DNA of 63,786 bases, the filler included, from Atractiella rhizophila (Eukaryota), in the NCBI GenBank assembly GCA_021432655.1. It is 3 parts of 3 records of this genome, joined end to end, with 100 filler letters (N's around TTAATTAATTAA, not from the genome) between each part and the next. Parts side by side here need not be neighbours in the genome. Positions count along the whole stretch, not along the records: positions 42,987 to 63,786 come from MU271829.1; 2 more parts are not named here. One strand, given 5' to 3'. A program made the position numbers and the translations under genes. The notes below the pieces were generated by a model that saw only the letters and a program-made list of their open reading frames with translations, was not told the origin of the DNA and ran no database searches. Shown here piece by piece: positions 49,251-63,451 of the stretch. Within the stretch, counting starts at the first letter, position 1; each line of letters starts with the position of its first letter.

Positions 49251-51381
49251 CTAATGCTTATAAGGGCACGTAAAGTGCGAAACCCCTCCCGACCCGCCAC
49301 CACCCCCACAGGAGCAGCCGATGAGGACTGAGTGGTTGAAGATGGATAGGATCATGACAAGGATTCCAGTCGCCCCTATCGCGAGAAGACCGTTCGACCA
49401 AACTGTAAACCCTCTGCAACGACGGGTTATACTTCTGGAGAAGGCCAAAGGGAGAGAGGGCATACCGTAGCTTTGCAAGATGCTTGAAATGCCTCGCGCG
49501 AGTCGGAAGCTGACTTCGGTACTTGCTCCACGCCGCTCCATGAGCACAGTCGATCTCGTTGAGCTAGAAGAACACGACACATCAACTTCACAAGCACAGG
49601 ATTGTGAAATGAGCATGGGAAGTTACGAACATGATGTCTCTTTTCAAAGTCCTCCAACCACCTATTATCCGCGTCTTCTGCCTGCAATTGGCGGGTGAAG
49701 AGGTGAAGGGTCATGAAAGTGATGAGGATGGATAGTGCGGAAGAAATGATCCGTGCCGCTTTTGAAGTGTCGGATGCGAGGGCGATGGAAAAGAGGAAAG
49801 CATGCTATCGGACGAGGAGAAGCCGTTAACGCCAACTACGATTGACGAAAAGAGGACATACGGCAGTCAATCCCATTGTCGGAACTTGCCATAACAACTA
49901 TCCGGTAAAAGATTAGACAGAACATTGTTTGAAAATAGGAGTGGAACGCACGTTATCGAAACTGGACCTTCTGTCCGAAACGACTGTATAAATCTGTACC
50001 AGATCTTGAAAATCTCGCGGTGGAGCCTACTCCGCAAGAAGGGTGCATCAGGAAACGCGTTCTTTTGCAATGATTGCAGAGATGAATAACGCACCTCTCC
50101 CGCATCCTGGGCGGTCTCCCTCGCCTCTTCCCTACTCATACGGCTCACGCTATGTCGCAACCGATTCCTCAGCGCTGAACCCTGCGAACGCGCGCCAAAT
50201 GAACTGGCACGAGGAGAGATGGGCGAGTCGTAATCTCGCCATGGATCGGCGTTCAATATTTCCTGCTCGTTCGGGTCATACGCTTGCTGGCTGCGGACTG
50301 TTTGAGGTTGCGGCTGAGCATTCGTTTGAATGCGTGTGTGTGAAGAGGTATGAGAGGTGTTGGAGTCCGAGCGATGGGATCGAGGGATCGGGTAGGATAT
50401 GGGGACGGCTTCACGCGGTGTGTGGGAGGGATGGGACGACGGATGGCAGTAGTTCTCCCCTGGTACTTGGAGATACCGCTCTGTGCTCGCAGGGAGAGAC
50501 TGATGCGCTCCTCTCCCCTCAACCTGCTCGTGCTCGTGCCCATGCTCGTGGGAATGTGCGTGTTGTTCGTCCATGGTCGGCCGTCGAAGATTGAAGACGA
50601 ACGGATTATGAATGTGTTCTTCTGTTGGCTCAGCTAATTGGGCATGAATGTGAGGAGGAAGGTGCGGATCAACAAGTGCCCGCACACTTTGTCCTCTTCC
50701 GTCAGAAGCTGCACCCTCATGCATATCATAACGAGGTGGCTGAAGAATATCCGGAGCTGAAAACGACCCGGTCGCAGAGTAGTAGCCAGGTAGGGACGGG
50801 GTGCGTGAGTGACTTCCTCCCCCGTGAGCTTCGTAACCGAATGAATGACCATAACCATCCCAGCCTCCGCGTCCAATCCCTCCTCCTCTCCCTCTAAACA
50901 CTCGAGCGCGAAACGGCGTTTCTCCTCTCCCTGCCGCTCCCCACCCTGTCGAGACTCCTCTATCACCAGCTGCCCAAGTATTTCGATTCGTTCCTGGGTC
51001 TGCCAGAGGTGGAGAGGAAACCAAGGGAACCGAGAGGTGACCTCGGTTGGCGGCAGGGGCATCGGCTACCTCTATAACTGGTAGATCGTGATCATTCTCG
51101 TTGGATGTGAATCGGTCATGTTCGCGTTCTCGTGAAAGGGTCATATTGCCAACCGTGGGCGAATGCATAGGACTGCTCGTCATCTGCGTAGCTCCGAATG
51201 TGCTCTGTCCTCCTTCCAGCGCTCTCTCGGCGCTTTCTCGCGTCGTATTGCTCGTAGGTGCATTGGTGGATATCGTGAGACGCGGAAGCTCGAGCCTGTT
51301 GCCTCTTGGAGAGGTGGCTGAGCTAGGACTGGTGGGCGATACCACAATAGGTGCAGGTACGTTAGATGAAACTTGCACCAT
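49251..51381 (-). CDS. Protein with ~430-aa disordered N-terminus and C-terminal ~3-TM domain; 3' end uncertain
   Basis: Long exon within ORF 49867-51381, then spliced QIYTVVSDRRSSFDN|LLWQVPTMGLTA|HAFLFSIAL…ARIISSALSILITF…RGFTVWSNGLLAIG. Confidence 0.75.
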
Positions 51382-51603
51382 GCTGCCTCAAATGCACACA
51401 ATGTGTCCAATATTCTTGAGAAGAGCATGACAACGCACCTTTTGAGCACTACTTCCAGCTCCTCCCAAGAAGCCTCTCCTTTCCACCTTTGCGACGCTCA
51501 GTCACTAGTCACTGCCTTCTGCAGATCGAATAATTATGGTATGGCAAGTCCCGGTGAACAAATACTGACAACCCCGTAGCAGCTCACAATAACAACCTCC
51601 ACG

Positions 51604-52887
51604 ATGCAGTTCAAGCTCTTCTCCTCTCTTCTCACCATCTTCGCCCTTTTCGCCCTCGTAGCCGCACAGGCGAAGGGCCCACAGATCACCTCCAAGTAAG
51701 CATCTCTTGCGTTGCTGTTTTGGCGAGAGGTGCTAATGGTGCCACGTCGGGTAGGGTCTTCTTCGATATTGAGCATGGAGGAAAGCCTTTGGGACGGATT
51801 GAGATTGGTATGTCCTTCTACCTCTACCATTCAACACAGTGGACATTTCTTGATGGCGTGGGGACAGGTCTCTTCGGAAAAACTGTACCTAAGGTCCATT
51901 TCCTTCGATTGGCATCGAGAGAGGAAGTTGACTTGAGACCATAGACGGCTGAGAACTTCAGACAGCTCGCTACCGGTGAGCAGGGCTTCGGATACAAGGA
52001 CTCTATCTTCCAGTGAGTTTACCCTTTTATTTTCTTGCTGTGAGGAAAGGGAAAGGCTGTGAATGAGATGCTGTGACCGTGTTCTGAGGGAACAGTGCAT
52101 TTATGCATGGAATTTGCACACAGAATGTGTGTGTGGAAAATGTCAGACGCAGAATGTATGCGGTCTTGTCCAGCGTAACTAGCTCGGAAACCTTCTTTCT
52201 CGAGCAGCTTAGTTCTCCCATTCATTGCTTCCCTCCCCTCCGGTCCAACAGTATGCCTTGTGTAACAAGTTACTAACTTTGAGTTGATGTTTAGCCGCGT
52301 TATCAAACAATTCATGATCCAAGGTCCGTCCACCTTCTTTCCCTCTTCGACACATTTGACTGATGGGATCATGAATAGGTGGAGACTTCACCCGCGGCGA
52401 CGGTACTGGTGGAAAGTCAATCTATGGAGCCAAATTCCCTGACGAGAACTTCAAGCTGAGGCACACTGGACCGTTCGTCTTCACTCTTCCTCTGCTAAAG
52501 CAAATAAATTGACATTGCTTGATTCGTAGCGGACTTTTGTCCATGGCCAACAGCGGAAAGGATACAAACGGCTCCCAATTCTTCAGTATGTCCTTCTATA
52601 CCTCCCTCCTCCATTCCTTTCTCCATGTCCTCCCTGCTGACTAGTGAACTAACTTGGCGTACGATTGAACAGTCACCACGGTCACCACCTCTTGGCTTGA
52701 CGGCCGCCACGTCGTTTTTGGCAAAGTATTGAGCGGCATGGACGTTGTGACTGCGATCGAGAATGTAGCTAAAGGATCGAACGATAGACCGGTGGAAGAG
52801 GTGAAGATTGTGGACAGTGGAGAGCTCCCATTGGAATTGGAAGTCGATTCCGAAGGGAAACAGATCCCTTTGAGGGCGGAATTGTGA
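51604..52887 (+). CDS. cypB: ER cyclophilin B (peptidyl-prolyl cis-trans isomerase)
   Basis: Signal peptide; [60 protein letters not shown]-terminal RAEL resembling an ER-retention signal. Confidence 0.96.
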
Positions 52888-53617
52888 CTCGCTAGGTTCG
52901 TCTTGCTCTTTCTCCCACTCCTTTATTGCTCCATCGAGGTGTGATCGGCTGATGGTTTTTGTGGATGTAACTGTAGGCTCTTGAAGTACGAATTGATCGC
53001 TTGAGAGCTTCGCGATGTTAATTAGAAAGCGGAGCGAGGTCGTATTTCGAGAGCAGGCGAAAGAAAATTAAGGAGGCGATGATAGTTGTATTCAAGCTAT
53101 TCCTTGCGTAATCAAGACCTGCATTTCAGGAACTCAGCTTCAACGGACAGACGGTCCACTCTAAATACGGTCAGCAAAACATTGTGGGTATCGCGATCAT
53201 CATTACACTACAACAGTAAGAAAGCATAGTCATGAAGAAGTCGATGATCCTAGCAGATGTCGAAGTAACAAGAAGGTGCAATAGGGACATAGGGACTGTG
53301 TCCTGCTACTACTCGTACAGAGCTAAAACTGAGGCAGAAACTGGCAGTGCTCCTGCTCCACTTTTTGGGCATTGAAAGCTGAACGTTGTTCCAAGAATTC
53401 GATGTGCCTTCAGCCAGCCTCAAGTTGAGGCTTGGAGCAGCATTCAAGTTGTCGTTAAGGAGATTCGGACATGATTTGACATGCTAGTAAAAGACTGTCG
53501 TGTTGTCTATTCCACATGCCATCATACATTACAAGCACGATATGCTTGACCCCACCACTCATGTTTGGTATCCTGCTCTATAAAACCACAAATGTAAATA
53601 ACAGGCCACTCACTGAT

Positions 53618-54510
53618 CTACGGAATAAAACATCTAAACAATCTAGCCCCTTCCTTCTCCTCTCCTCCCTCCACTTCAATTTCCTCCCACTGCCATCCTT
53701 CCTTCTTGAACAGGGTCCAAAAGCGCTTGTCAGCCTTCCTTCGTTTCTTTGAAGCCATCAATACCTCTACCTTTCCTTCCATACCCCCGCATAATTGCCA
53801 GAGGGAGGAAAGTGTGGAAATTAAAGGAGAAAACAAGGTTTCGAGGTAGATGCAGTCGGAGAGGAGGATTAATGTCGGTTTAGATGACAGTACCCAAGAC
53901 GGCAACGGGTCTCCCCTACATCGTTTAAGATCAATTATTATCCTGGACGTGCGCATGCAGATATCCTTGAGAAATGAACTCACCAAAATAGTTCTCTAGC
54001 TTGTATACGATCTTGCCCATCCCCATAATTGTCTCTCACATTCCTATCCATCAGTTCCACCATGCTCCCAACATCAGATATCACTATCTTGCCCTCCCAC
54101 ATACGTCCCAAGCCCAATCCGACAGCTCCAGTGCCAGCACCAAGTTCAAGACCGTGTGTATGCTTCGATAGGGAAGACAGTGACTCTGGACGGGAAAGGT
54201 AACGTGTAAGAACGAGAGAAGATGGCCACAAATGGCCACCACATCCTTTTCACCAAATCAACATTTTAATTTCGGCTTTAAAATGATGTAAAAAGGGTAA
54301 ATTGTTACCGGGTAACGGATCAAGCGTCAGCGTCAGAGGTGAATAAGGCTTCAGGTGCTCCCAGCCTGGGAGAGTCGACATATGGAGTGTTTCCAGGCGT
54401 CTGTCTGCAGCCAGAGACGTCGACTCTAAAGAAGTACGGTTGTGCTCGCCCTCGGAATCTGACCCGAATGCGGGAAGAAGAGGAGAAGGTGATCGCGAAG
54501 AGGTAGACAT
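53618..54510 (-). CDS. EFM6: METTL21-family protein-lysine methyltransferase (EFM6-like)
   Basis: GCGGHLWPSS, LELGAGTG, SDCIY, KKRRKADKRF; 3 exons. Confidence 0.85.
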
Positions 54511-55898
54511 AGGTGTGATAAATCAGGATCTACCAATGGACCAGTTAGTCAGGTTGAATGTTAAAGAAGCAATAGATGACAAGCTGCATGGATGTGCAGG
54601 TTTAGATATATATGATGATGAAGTACTTCTCAGCAAGTAGTCAGAGTATGAAGAACAAATATAGGGTATCATGCATTCCTTCTTGAGTCACGTCTGTAAG
54701 GAAAGGGCTCATCTGATCCTGTTAAGGAAATGGCGCACCAACCAGAAGATAATTCAGGGGAAGCGGAAGACTATCGATGTACCAGTGATTATCGATTATT
54801 TCCCTTCCTTTTCTCAAAGATCCTAATAAATCCTGATTGATGAAGACTGTTTCCTGAGGCCAACACAAAATTCTTAACTTATAGAGTGCAAAATCAATAT
54901 TTATTCCATGCCATGCTGCTTATATTTGTTTTGATTTTTGATGGTCAGCCTTGTGCTATTCTTCGCATTTGAAGTTCAGAGATTGATTTGAAAATATAAC
55001 GCCTTCCTTATAGTACTCAACATGTTTAGTTACGCGAAGAAAATGGGATACAGCACCGTCCCAAAGAGAACACATATCTTCAATCTATGGCTTTTCGAAA
55101 CGGATCTGACTTTATCACAACATTCAATACGGTAATATGAAGCAATATTATCGGTGCATATGCTTGATTTTTAATGAGAAACAAAAGGACCTCATGTATA
55201 GAACACTTTGTCTCTGACGGTGCAACAGAGCGTCGACTAGCTCCTTACTCGATTTCGCGGGTTAAGCGGCAGCAGCCTGTGAGCCGCTATGTAGATCATG
55301 GAAGGAATCGCATCAATCCACTCTCAACATCGGCTGAGCGGAACATGACTGTCGGCTGGATGTTAAGTGGACACGGCGAGGCGGTTCAACATCACTTGCC
55401 CTAGATTTATCAGAGACTCACCTCAGGGTCTCCGCTATTTCTTCCCTGAGCTACTCAGCAGCCTACTATCTATCAGCCAACGCCTTGATCTCAAAAGTTG
55501 ACCTGGTTGTCTGTCCTTGTGCGATCGGAACATACAACCACTATTGCGTATTGCGGCAACTGACTTCAGCCACCAACACCGCACCAACCTATCTCTCCTC
55601 CTGCGAACACCACGATATAGCTAGGGCTTTGACTAGCATTTAATAGCCGATTGCTGAGGTTATAACGGGAGACTGTCCCACGTTCGGTTTCGGCGAGGGA
55701 CAGGCCATCGATACACTCTAGCACCCGGCCAGCAGACCGAACTCCACAGGGATAAAACCGCGCCTGCTAGCCAATTTTTGCACTTCTTCCTCCTCCCCAA
55801 CTCGCTTCTATACGAAAAGGGATCATTATTGTGGATTATTGTTAGGGACTGGGTGACGGTGGCATTTGAGTGAGTCCTGCTCAGTAATCATCGCGGAC

Positions 55899-58800
55899 AT
55901 GAGGGGAGCTGAGGAAGTGGGTCTGGAAGGAACGATGCCTCTCTTCAAATCCAACCACCCACCACAGGCGGAACCCAACTCATCCGTCGGAGACCCCGCC
56001 GCTGCCTCTCCTCCCGAAGCTGCACAAGGCACAGCACCTCCCTCTTCGTCCGACTCCTCCTCTCCCACCTTCAACTCGGGCAAACATACCACGCCGTCCA
56101 AGCAAGTGAACAAGCAGAGGTCGCCGCGCGTTGCGGCAGGATCGACGAAGAAGGTCTCCCTATGGGAGAGGTGGAAGAATGTCGATGTTCTTGCTTATTT
56201 CTTCTCTCCGAAGCCTCCTTCCAAGTTCGGGAGGACGCTCTTTATTGCCCAACCGCTCCCTGAAGAGTCTATGGCGCTCCAGCATAAGGTTTTATTGAGG
56301 AAGGGGAATAAGGAGAAGGGCAAGAAGGCGTGGGGACTTGGAGGGAAGAAGAAGGCGGTGAACCAGGAAGAAGGCTGGCTGTTCGCGACTAATCAGGTGC
56401 TCACCTCAAAGTACAACATTTTCACATTTGTTCCGAAAAACTTGTTGGAGCAGTTCAGGCGTGTGGCTAACGTCTTTTTCTTGGGTACGTACTCTCCTCT
56501 GTTAATATTGAATCAGATCAGCCTTGACGGTTCTTCATGAAATTAGTACTTGTCATCCTCCAGTTCTTCCCCATCTTTCAGAATGTTTCTCCCGCACTGG
56601 CCGCTTTTCCGTTGCTCACCGTTCTCGCCATCACGGCTTTGAAAGACGGTTATGAGGACATAAAGCGACACGAATCGGATCGACGTACCAATGGGATTGA
56701 ATGCCTCGCGCTCCGCACCGGAGAAGAACATGAAGGCCTGCATCTCCCCCATCTCTTCAGTCATAATGAGGAGGGTCGAGAGGTACCTTTCAATCCGAAC
56801 CACACCGAGAATAAGGAAAAGAAGATCAATGTCCCCGGCGCGAGCTGGTTGATGTCTAAGATCTTGAGAAAGAAACCGGAGGTCGGTGATTTGGAGGCTG
56901 GAGATGCGGAAGGCCAGAGGGACGAGAAGTCTGAAGTTGATGGTGGACGAGGAGAAAGGAGGAGGACTGGTTGGTGGGGACGTCGAACGGTGAAGCGGAA
57001 AGCTAGGAAGGAACAAAAGGAGAAAGAGATCAAAGAGAAGGGTGGGAATAAAGAGTCGGTAATCGTACAAAACACCGTGGCTCCCGCTCAGCTCTCCGGT
57101 GGTGCCGCTCCATCCCAGACTGCTCAACCAGAACCTGAATCCACGACTCCGAAACATCCACACTGGGCAACCACGACCTGGGAAGATATCAAAGTCGGCC
57201 AACTCCTTCTCCTCCGTTCTGACGACTCTGTTCCTGCCGACTGCCTCATCCTTGCTACCTCGGAGGAAGAGAACGTCTGTTATGTCGAGACAAAAAATTT
57301 GGACGGTGAAACGAACCTCAAATCTCGGTCTGCGGTCGGTGGTGGCCTTGGAGAACTCCTTGGTGGAGAGGACACGCAAGATGGACAGCCAAAGAAAAGG
57401 CCGGACGCGGAGGATGTTGTGAAGAAGATCAGGGCGAAGGGAGGGTTCAGGATCGAGAGCGAGAGGCCGGATACGAACATGTTCAAGTATAATGGCGCTT
57501 TGGTTTTGCAGGGAGGAGAGTTCGACAAGTACCCCATCACCATCAATGAGATGCTACTGCGAGGATGCGTCGTCAGGAATACGGATTGGGTGCTTTGTGT
57601 GGCGGTCTTCACCGGAAGGGACAGCAAAATTGTCCTTAATTCGGGAGGAACCCCAAGCAAGAGGAGTAGGATTGAGAAGCAAATGAATCCTCAAGTGTGC
57701 GTCTTCCTCTTTTATTATTCTCTCTTCGTTGAGGCTGATGCAATTATTGTTCCCCAACACAGGTTCCTCAATCTGGCGCTCCTCGGAGTCATGTGCGTTC
57801 TCTGCGGTGTTGGCGACCACTTTTTGGAGGTTTACTACTATCATCGCAACTCTTATTGGACGGTGAACGAGAATCGAAGTGACGATAACCCGAACTTCAA
57901 CGGCTTGATCACGTTCTTGAACGGAATGATCACTTTCCAGAACGTCGTCCCCATCTCTCTCTACATCTCCATTGAGTTTGTTCGCACCACCCAGGCGTTC
58001 TATATCTACATGGATAACGATATTTGGTATCGTACCACGCCTGAAGGAAAGCTCATCGAAGGAGATCACCAAGCTGATAAGGGTGGTGTGGATAGAAGGA
58101 CGACCGCAAAGAGCTGGAATTTGTCAGATGATCTCGGACAAGTGGAATACATTTTCTCGGACAAGACCGGAACGCTCACGCAGAACTCGATGGTGTTTAG
58201 ACGGTGCGAAGTTGGAGGGAAAGTGTACTCTGGGACTGAGAGGAAGAGGGAAGGAGAGGGAGAGGACGGAGAGAAAACAAGCGGGGACGGGGCGACTCGC
58301 ATCGCAAGTCTGGAGGAAGCGACCAGCGAAAGCGATGCTAGCATTGGTCTCCCCAAACCCGAAGGACTCCCCAAAACGACCGCGGACCTCCCCAACAACT
58401 TTTTCGATGCTAGCCTCAACCGCGATCTGTCCGAAGACCCTGACTCTGCTCAAGCTCGTAAACTTCATGGATTCTTCACCAATCTCGCTTTGTGTCACAC
58501 CGTCCTAGCTGCCGAAGACGAAGATGGAACACTCCACTACAAGGCTCAATCTCCCGATGAGTCCGCATTGGTACAAGCCGCTGCCGACGTCGGTTTCATA
58601 TTCTTGGGTCGCGATAAGAATGTACTCAGACTGGCGACGCCGGGTTCGGAGGACATTTCGGAATGGGAACTTCTGAATGTGCTCGAGTTCACGAGTGCTA
58701 GGAAGAGGATGAGCATCGTTGTGCGTCGCCTAGGAGTGAGGGAGGACAGGAGTAGTACCGTTGAAGGAGACCTCAACCGTATGGTTGAGGGAACTGGCAG

Positions 58801-61523
58801 ACTTTTCCTTCTCACCAAAGGAGCGGACAATGTCATTTTCGAGCGCTTGGCACCCGGTCAAGACTCCGTGAAAGCTGATGCGGATTCGGCATTGGAGGAC
58901 TTCGCGAATGAGGGTCTGAGGACGCTGTGCCTGGCTTTCAAAGAGTTGAATGAGGATGACTACCAGGATTGGAACATGCGATACAACGATGCGACGACCT
59001 TGATTGAGGGCAGAGATGAAAAGATGGAGGAACTTGCGAGTGAATTTGAGAGCAATCTCCAGTTTCTGGGGAGCACAGCAATTGAGGATAAGCTTCAGGA
59101 TGGCGTTCCAGAGACTATAGCGGATTTGAGAAGGGCGGGGATCAAGATTTGGGTCGCAACAGGTGATAAACTTGAAACTGCAATCGGTACGTTCTTCTGT
59201 GCACTTCCTCAACATTAGTTGAAACAGAGAACAGCCATCGGAAAGACATGTAATCTGATCTCGAAGGATATGAACCTCATCATCATTCGCGGTTCAGAGT
59301 TCGACGCTGGTCCTCGGTCTGCCTACTCACAGATTGCGATGGCTCTGGAGAAGTTCTTCGACGCCGGAGATGTGATCGCCAACCAGCTTAACCAACCTCC
59401 CAACCATGACCATCTTGGTGAAACGCCGCGTCAATCCATGCAACGTAGCCGACCATCCGTTGGACTCCGCCGTTCGGGTGACCATTCTCGACCAGGTGTC
59501 AAACGGGCTCCAACCGGTCTCAGCGACATCGTTGGAGACAATAATGGTCAGAAAGGAGGTGGATATGGGCTGGTCATCGATGGCGGATCTTTGACACACG
59601 CTTTCGCTGAACCATTCACTAAGGATCTTCTCCTCGAACTTTCCACCAGATGTAACACTGTCGTCTGCTGCCGTACCTCTCCCCTTCAGAAAGCTTTGAT
59701 CGTAAAATTGGTCAAAGATGGGCTTGGTGCTCTTTGCTTAGCTATTGGTGACGGTGCCAATGACGTGTCGATGATCCAGGCAAGCAGTTTTACTTTTCGC
59801 TGAAATCGCCTTGCTGACCTACATGCGACGATCTAGGCCGCCGATGTCGGAGTCGGTGTCGCGGGGGAGGAAGGGCTGCAAGCTGTTAACTCTTCAGACT
59901 ACGCTATTGCCCAGTTCCGCTACCTAAAACGCCTCTTGCTCGTCCATGGCCATCTCTCTTATTTCAGGAATTCCAGCATGATTGTCAACTTCTTCGAAAA
60001 GGAAATCATCGGTATTGGAATCTTGTTTTGGTTCCAGTTTTACTGCTTACTGTCCACAACTACGGTAAGTGTCCTCAAGAATAAACGAAGCGGATTTCTT
60101 AAGAATAAGGCAGGTTTATGAATATACATTCCTTTTATTCTACAATGTCTTCTGGACCCTCGTACCCGTCCTTGCCATTGGTATTTTCGACTTCGACCTC
60201 AGGCCAAGGACTTTGATGGCTGTTCCGGAAGTTTATCGCTTTGGTAGGCAAGGTCTGTGGTTTGGACTCAAGCGCTTCTCTTGGTATATGTTGGAAGGTA
60301 TACTTCAAGTTCGTTCTGTTCTCCACCACCCTGGATCATACTAAATGAAGGCCATTTGCAGTCCTTGGTCGTATATTTCACCATCCTTTATACATACGAT
60401 ACTACCACAGCTCGAGGCGACGGTTATGATGTGTACTTGTACGAATTCAGCACGGTCATGATTATTTCTGCTGTCTTCACCTGCAACTTCTTCAATGGCT
60501 TCAACACAAGAGCTTGGAATTGGTGGGTGCTATGTGGAGTCTTAATTGGTGTGTTCCTTCTTGCCACGATATAGTTTCCCTAACAAATCGACAGGTCCCG
60601 TCCTCATCGTTTCCTACGGCGCTGTCTATCAGGCCATCAGTCCTGGATGGATCTGGACACCGGTTTATGGAAACAACAAGTTCATCTTTACTGCATGCAA
60701 CGCTTACTTCAGCTTCCTCGTGCCAATATTCATTTGTCTTGTTCCGCGATACGCCTGGCGGTACTACAAGGAACTGTATCATCCGTATGTGTTCAGCGAC
60801 TTTCCTGTTTACCGAACCCTAACCAATGTCTCAAGGACCGACATTGACATTCTTCGTTACGTGGAACATGTCGATCCAAAACACGACTTCGAGAACGATC
60901 CAATGATGCCAGGGGTGAGGGAAAAGCAACGATTTACAGATGATGCGAGTCAAGAAGACCTCGAGCCTCTTCGTGCTCCATCCAGGCCGGTCATGCACGA
61001 TTCCGTTGAACTCGGAAGAGTCGTCAGTGCAAGAAGTCAAACTCATGACATGTCATCACCCACTTTGGGCGCGGCGAGGTTGACGGGATATGCGTTTTCC
61101 CAAGACGATAGCGTTGGGGCTCGTGCTCTGGGTGGCCCAATTCGGCGCTATACTTCCAGTCAGCAACTTTTTCTCGCAGTTGCCAGCGCTAATTGATTTG
61201 TTACAGATTTGAGCACAGAGAACCGACCGCGTAGTCGATCGATTAAGGTGGCCGGAGTGGAAATCGGCTTTCCCGCTCTGCACAAGAAAGCGACAAACCA
61301 ATCTCTTCGACGATCCGTCTTCCGAAGAACAAGTAAGGCGAAGGATACGGCCAACCTCGCTCCTGGAGACGTCACACCGAAACGGGAAGGGTTATTGGGG
61401 AGACTGTCAAGAGGCAATTCGTCTGCTTCTGCCACTTTTGGCCTCCGTCCTGGTTCGTCAGCGGGTGAGACGCTTCCGGAGGAACGGACGTCAGAACAAG
61501 ACGGTGCGCCAACGAGATCATGA
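55899..61523 (+). CDS. P4-ATPase phospholipid flippase (Dnf1/Dnf2-like)
   Basis: TSKYN…[57 protein letters not shown]. Confidence 0.96.
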
Positions 61524-61535
61524 CCCCAGTTAACA

Positions 61536-61880
61536 NNNNNNNNNNNNNNNNNNNNNNNNNNNNNNNNNNNNNNNNNNNNNNNNNNNNNNNNNNNNNNNNN
61601 NNNNNNNNNNNNNNNNNNNNNNNNNNNNNNNNNNNNNNNNNNNNNNNNNNNNNNNNNNNNNNNNNNNNNNNNNNNNNNNNNNNNNNNNNNNNNNNNNNNN
61701 NNNNNNNNNNNNNNNNNNNNNNNNNNNNNNNNNNNNNNNNNNNNNNNNNNNNNNNNNNNNNNNNNNNNNNNNNNNNNNNNNNNNNNNNNNNNNNNNNNNN
61801 NNNNNNNNNNNNNNNNNNNNNNNNNNNNNNNNNNNNNNNNNNNNNNNNNNNNNNNNNNNNNNNNNNNNNNNNNNNNNNNN
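61536..61880. other. Assembly gap (N run)
   Basis: About 345 N. Confidence 0.99.
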
Positions 61881-62264
61881 ATCTCATAACTCATGAAACC
61901 TGAAGGAAGCACTGAAGCCCAGCATGCCAAAACTTGTTCGGTTGGTTCAGCTCGTGACCATTGCCTGATATCCATTCTGGCCTTTTGGCTTAGATCAAGT
62001 GTAGTATCTGTTCTTTGAAGTGTAATTGCTTCAAAGCCTCATCGAGGCTTATAAATCAATTACTCTAATCTTTCCCTGCTTGTGAAGTCGCCTTGGGCTT
62101 GCTCACGGCCTTTACACGATGTCCTTGCCCTCACACTACCGGCTTGCGATGTCAAGGCACTCAATTTTTTTCATCATCTTACACGATATCTCTGTTCTCC
62201 CAGAGCTCTAAACCAAACCATTGCATTGCAGTCTGTGCTCATGTTCATGCAGCATACCAGCTTT

Positions 62265-63451
62265 TCAAAGATTGCTTATCGCAACATTGTCAACGTTCGT
62301 TTCGTTCAAATCGGTATCCTCTGGGTCTAAATGATTCTCACTTGCATACTCTATCCCAGCCAAACCAGAATCAGATCTTGGGCGTCCATATCAAATGTAA
62401 CTCACCCAAAACGCTACCGTCCCAGTTGCCGTCGTCCCTCCTTTCTACACGCACCTTAGATATGCAGCAATTTCCCACTCTTCTGTCCAAGAATTGGGGA
62501 ACACCCAGTTGGAGATCTTGGGAAAGCTGGGAGGGAACGGAGTATCCACGTTTGATTACCAGGGAGGATATGATGAGACGCCGCACTGGTCCTGCATACC
62601 ACATAAGTAAATGGGTCGCCACTCATTGGGAAAGTAGATATACCTCCGTGGGTGACGATCAAAACGTTCACAATGCGGGAACCTGCGGAATCAAGAGGTG
62701 TTGTGGACCCAGTCGCTGACGGGAGGAGGTAGTCCCAGAAGTCGCAAAGTCGCGCTTCGAACTGGTCGACAGTTTCAGCTCCCACATCGCCAGCAGACGT
62801 AGTCAAGATGTCAAAGAGTTTGGGGCCCCATGGCAATCCCTGCAAAGGCGTTTCTTAAGTTCAAACTGCATGACCAGATGTAAACGTACCTGCAAAGAGC
62901 CTGGAAACTGAAAATTGATATCAACCTACTGGAGACACGTAAATGCATTGGAGTGGACACACATGCTCTCGCAGGCGTGGATCAGTATGAACTTGTTTTG
63001 CTTCACCGGCTTGCTCCATTATGAGCTCTCCTGTCTTAGGAAAGAGTCGGAATCCATGTGCTGAACAGGTTGAGTTAATCTCACCTTCCGCGTTCGCTCC
63101 AGGTCGCTACTGAAGCAGAAGTCGAATTTCTGTCCAACTCGCTCGAAATATTTGCCAGTATTGATTGCTTGCTGTACCCCACGCTCCTACAATTCGAGAT
63201 CAGGCAATGCTGCGATTGGGGCAAACAATTGCTGGAAGTTGGATGAAGAATTTACGCTGAGCTTTGTGTCTAAATGCCCTTGAAGGATTTTGGCCTGCAA
63301 ATATGGGCCATCAGCTTCGTTATCTTGTGGTACTTTATTTCAAACTCACTACATTTCCGAAGGTCTCTCCGTGACGCTGTAAAAGACCATTCAGCATCAG
63401 AATGCCGCAAATCAGGAAGAATCACACCACGATGGTGAAGATGACTTTCAT
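62265..63451 (-). CDS. Histidine phosphatase / phosphoglycerate mutase-family protein
   Basis: MKVIFTIV|RHGET, ILQGHLDTKLS, FSSDLERTR, LIVTHGG, GNCCIS; many short introns. Confidence 0.9.

Noticed and set aside
56543..59215. Long antisense ORFs over the flippase (and over other genes)
   Set aside because: Shadows of codon bias in the real coding strand, with no recognisable motifs.
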